Shown here: positions 62,075 to 64,000 of the stretch, in pieces
How positions within the stretch are numbered: the stretch's first letter is position 1
Layout of the letters: each line of letters begins with the position of its first letter
Assembly: GCA_030390025.1 (NCBI GenBank)
Contig: CM059431.1
Coordinates: 148,616,001 to 148,680,000 of the forward strand
Direction of reading: 5' to 3'
Length of the DNA stretch: 64,000 nt
Origin: Squalus acanthias
Taxonomy: Eukaryota
Notes under the pieces: generated by a model
Seen by the model: only the letters and a program-made list of their open reading frames with translations
Told to the model about the DNA's origin: nothing
The model's database searches: none
Made by a program: the position numbers and the translations under genes

Positions 62075-62464
62075 AGTCTCTCTCCTATCGGTCTCTCTCT
62101 CTATCTCCCTGTCTCTCTCTCGCACAGTCTCTCTCCTTATCCCTATTATCTCTCTCTTCCCAGTCATTCTCTCCCCCAATCTCTCTCTCTCTCCCTCTGC
62201 CCCAGTTTCTCCCTTTCCCCCAGTCTCTCTCTCTCTCCAGTCTCACTCTCTCGCCAATATTTCTCTACCACAATCACACTCTCTCCCCATTCTCTCTCTC
62301 TCTCTCAGTCTCTATCTCCCCAATCTCTCTATCCCCAGTTTCTCTCTCCCCAAGTTTATCTCTCTCCAGTCTCTCTTTCCAACAGTCTGTCTCTCTCTCC
62401 CCATTATCTCTTCTCCCCAGTCTCACTCTCTCCATTCCCTTTCTCTCACACTGTCTCCCAATCT

Positions 62465-63717
62465 CATAGAAGCATACAAACATAGAAGATAGGAGCAGGA
62501 GTAAGCCATTCGGACCCTCGAGCCTGCTCCGCCATTCAATGAGATCATGGCTGATCATCCAAATTCAGTACCCTGTTCCTGCTTTCTCCCCATATCCCTT
62601 GATCCGTTTGGCCTTAAGAAATATATCTATCTCCTTCTTGATTATATTTAATGAATTGGCCTCAACTGCCTTCTGTGGTAGATAATTCCACAGGTTCACC
62701 AATATCTGGGTAAATAAATTCCTCCTCATCTCAGTCCTAAATGGCTTACCCCTTATACTTAGACAGTGACCTCTGGTTCTAGACTCCCCCGCCATCGGGA
62801 ACATCCTTCCTGCATCTAGTCTGTCTAGTCCTGTTAGAATTTTATAAGTTTCAATGAGATCGCCTCTTATTCTTCGAAACTCTAGCGAATATAAGCCTAA
62901 TCGACCCAATCTCTATTTATATTTCATTCCTGCCACCCCAGGTATAAGTCTGGTAAATCTTCGCTGCACTCCCTCCATGGCAATTACATCCTTCCTCAGA
63001 TAAGTCGACCAAAACTGCACACAATTCTCAAGGTGTGGTCTCACCAAGGCCTTGTACAACTGCAGCAAGACATTCTTGCTCCTTTACTCGAATCCTCTCG
63101 CTATGAAGGCCAACATACCATTTGCCTTCTTAACCGGCTGCTGCACCTGCATGCTTACCTTCAGCGACTGATTCGCAAGGACACCCAGGTCTCGTTGCAC
63201 TTCCCCTTTTCCCAATCTATTGCCGTTCAGATAATAATCTGTCTTCCTATTTTTGCCACCAAAGTGGATAACCTCGCATTTATCCACATTATACTGCATC
63301 TGCCATGCATCTGCCCAATCACCCAACCTGTCCGAATCATACTGGAGTTTCTCTGCATCCTCCTCACAGCACACACGCCCACCCAGTTTTGTGTCGTCTG
63401 CAAACAGAGATATTACATCTAGTTCCCTCGTCTAGAGCATTAGCATTAATATATATTGTGAATCGCTGGGGTGCTAGCACCGATCCCTGTCGTAGCCTAC
63501 TAGTCACTGCCTGCCACTTGGAAAAAGACCCGTTTATTCCAACTCTTTGCTTCCTGTCTGCCAACCAGTTCTCTATCCAAATCAGTACCTCACCCCCAAT
63601 CCCATGTGCTTTAACTTTGCACGCTAATCTCTTATGCGGGACCTTATCAAAATCCTTCTGAAAGTCCAAATACACCACATCCACTGGTTCTCCCTTATCT
63701 ATTCTACCAGTTACATT
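62465..63717 (-). mobile_element. 5'-truncated CR1 LINE
   Basis: DVVYLDFQKDFDKVPH, WQMQYNVDKCEVIHFG, RRIRGDLIETYK; tail at 62465-62490. Confidence 0.93.
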
Positions 63718-64000
63718 CTCTCTCTCTCCCCCAGTCTCTCTCTCCCCAGTCTATCTCTCTCCGACTATGTCTCTCTCCCCATTCTCTTTCTCTCTCCAGT
63801 TTCCCTCTCTCCCGTATCTGTCACCAATCTCTCTCCTCTAGTCTCTCTCTCTCTCTCAGCAGACCCTCACTCTCTCCCAAGTCTCTCAGTCTTTCACCCC
63901 AGTCTCTCTCTCTCCTCAATCTCTCTCTCTCTCCCCGTCTTTCTCTCCCCCAGTCTTCTCTCTCCAGTCGCTCTCTCCCCAGTCTTTCTCTCTCCCAGTA

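Larger units (their letters stand above)
49290..64000. repeat. Large polypyrimidine minisatellite array (CCCCAGT[CT]n) with higher-order duplications and embedded CR1 copies
   Basis: Continuous ccagtctctctc motif; unique markers such as cagtctgtactatcggcccc recur at 50641 and 53024. Confidence 0.95.

Noticed and set aside
49238..62560. Long Ser/Leu/Pro-rich and Arg/Glu-rich ORFs (up to 496 aa)
   Set aside because: Stop-poor translations of the CT/GA minisatellite, open in several frames on both strands

Overview
Eukaryotic, repeat-dominated DNA. The repeat and gene families resemble those of cartilaginous fish (shark); this is an inference from pattern recognition, not a database search. Most of the window is CR1-clade LINE debris of several subfamilies and ages, a second CR1/L2-group LINE with a tail-sharing tRNA-headed SINE, several minisatellites and a ~15 kb CT-rich (CCAGT[CT]n) array. 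The main intact element is a young Penelope-like retroelement (44101-47849, minus). It has an uninterrupted RT + GIY-YIG ORF, near-identical pseudo-LTRs that each carry a minimal hammerhead ribozyme, and a 12-bp TSD. Host-gene content: an apparently intact first coding exon of a GPR139/GPR142-like class A GPCR (minus, ~8820-9000; no exon 2 seen in the window), a divergently oriented two-exon paralogous pseudogene (30847-33527), a C2H2 zinc-finger pseudogene and a tRNA-Lys(CTT) pseudogene. Also present: a decayed Harbinger transposase beside a hairpin-rich MITE-like element, a candidate 1.7 kb solo LTR, an inverted duplicated promoter-like module and a tandem YY1-motif array. Boundaries of degenerate repeats are approximate and identities are by-eye estimates.
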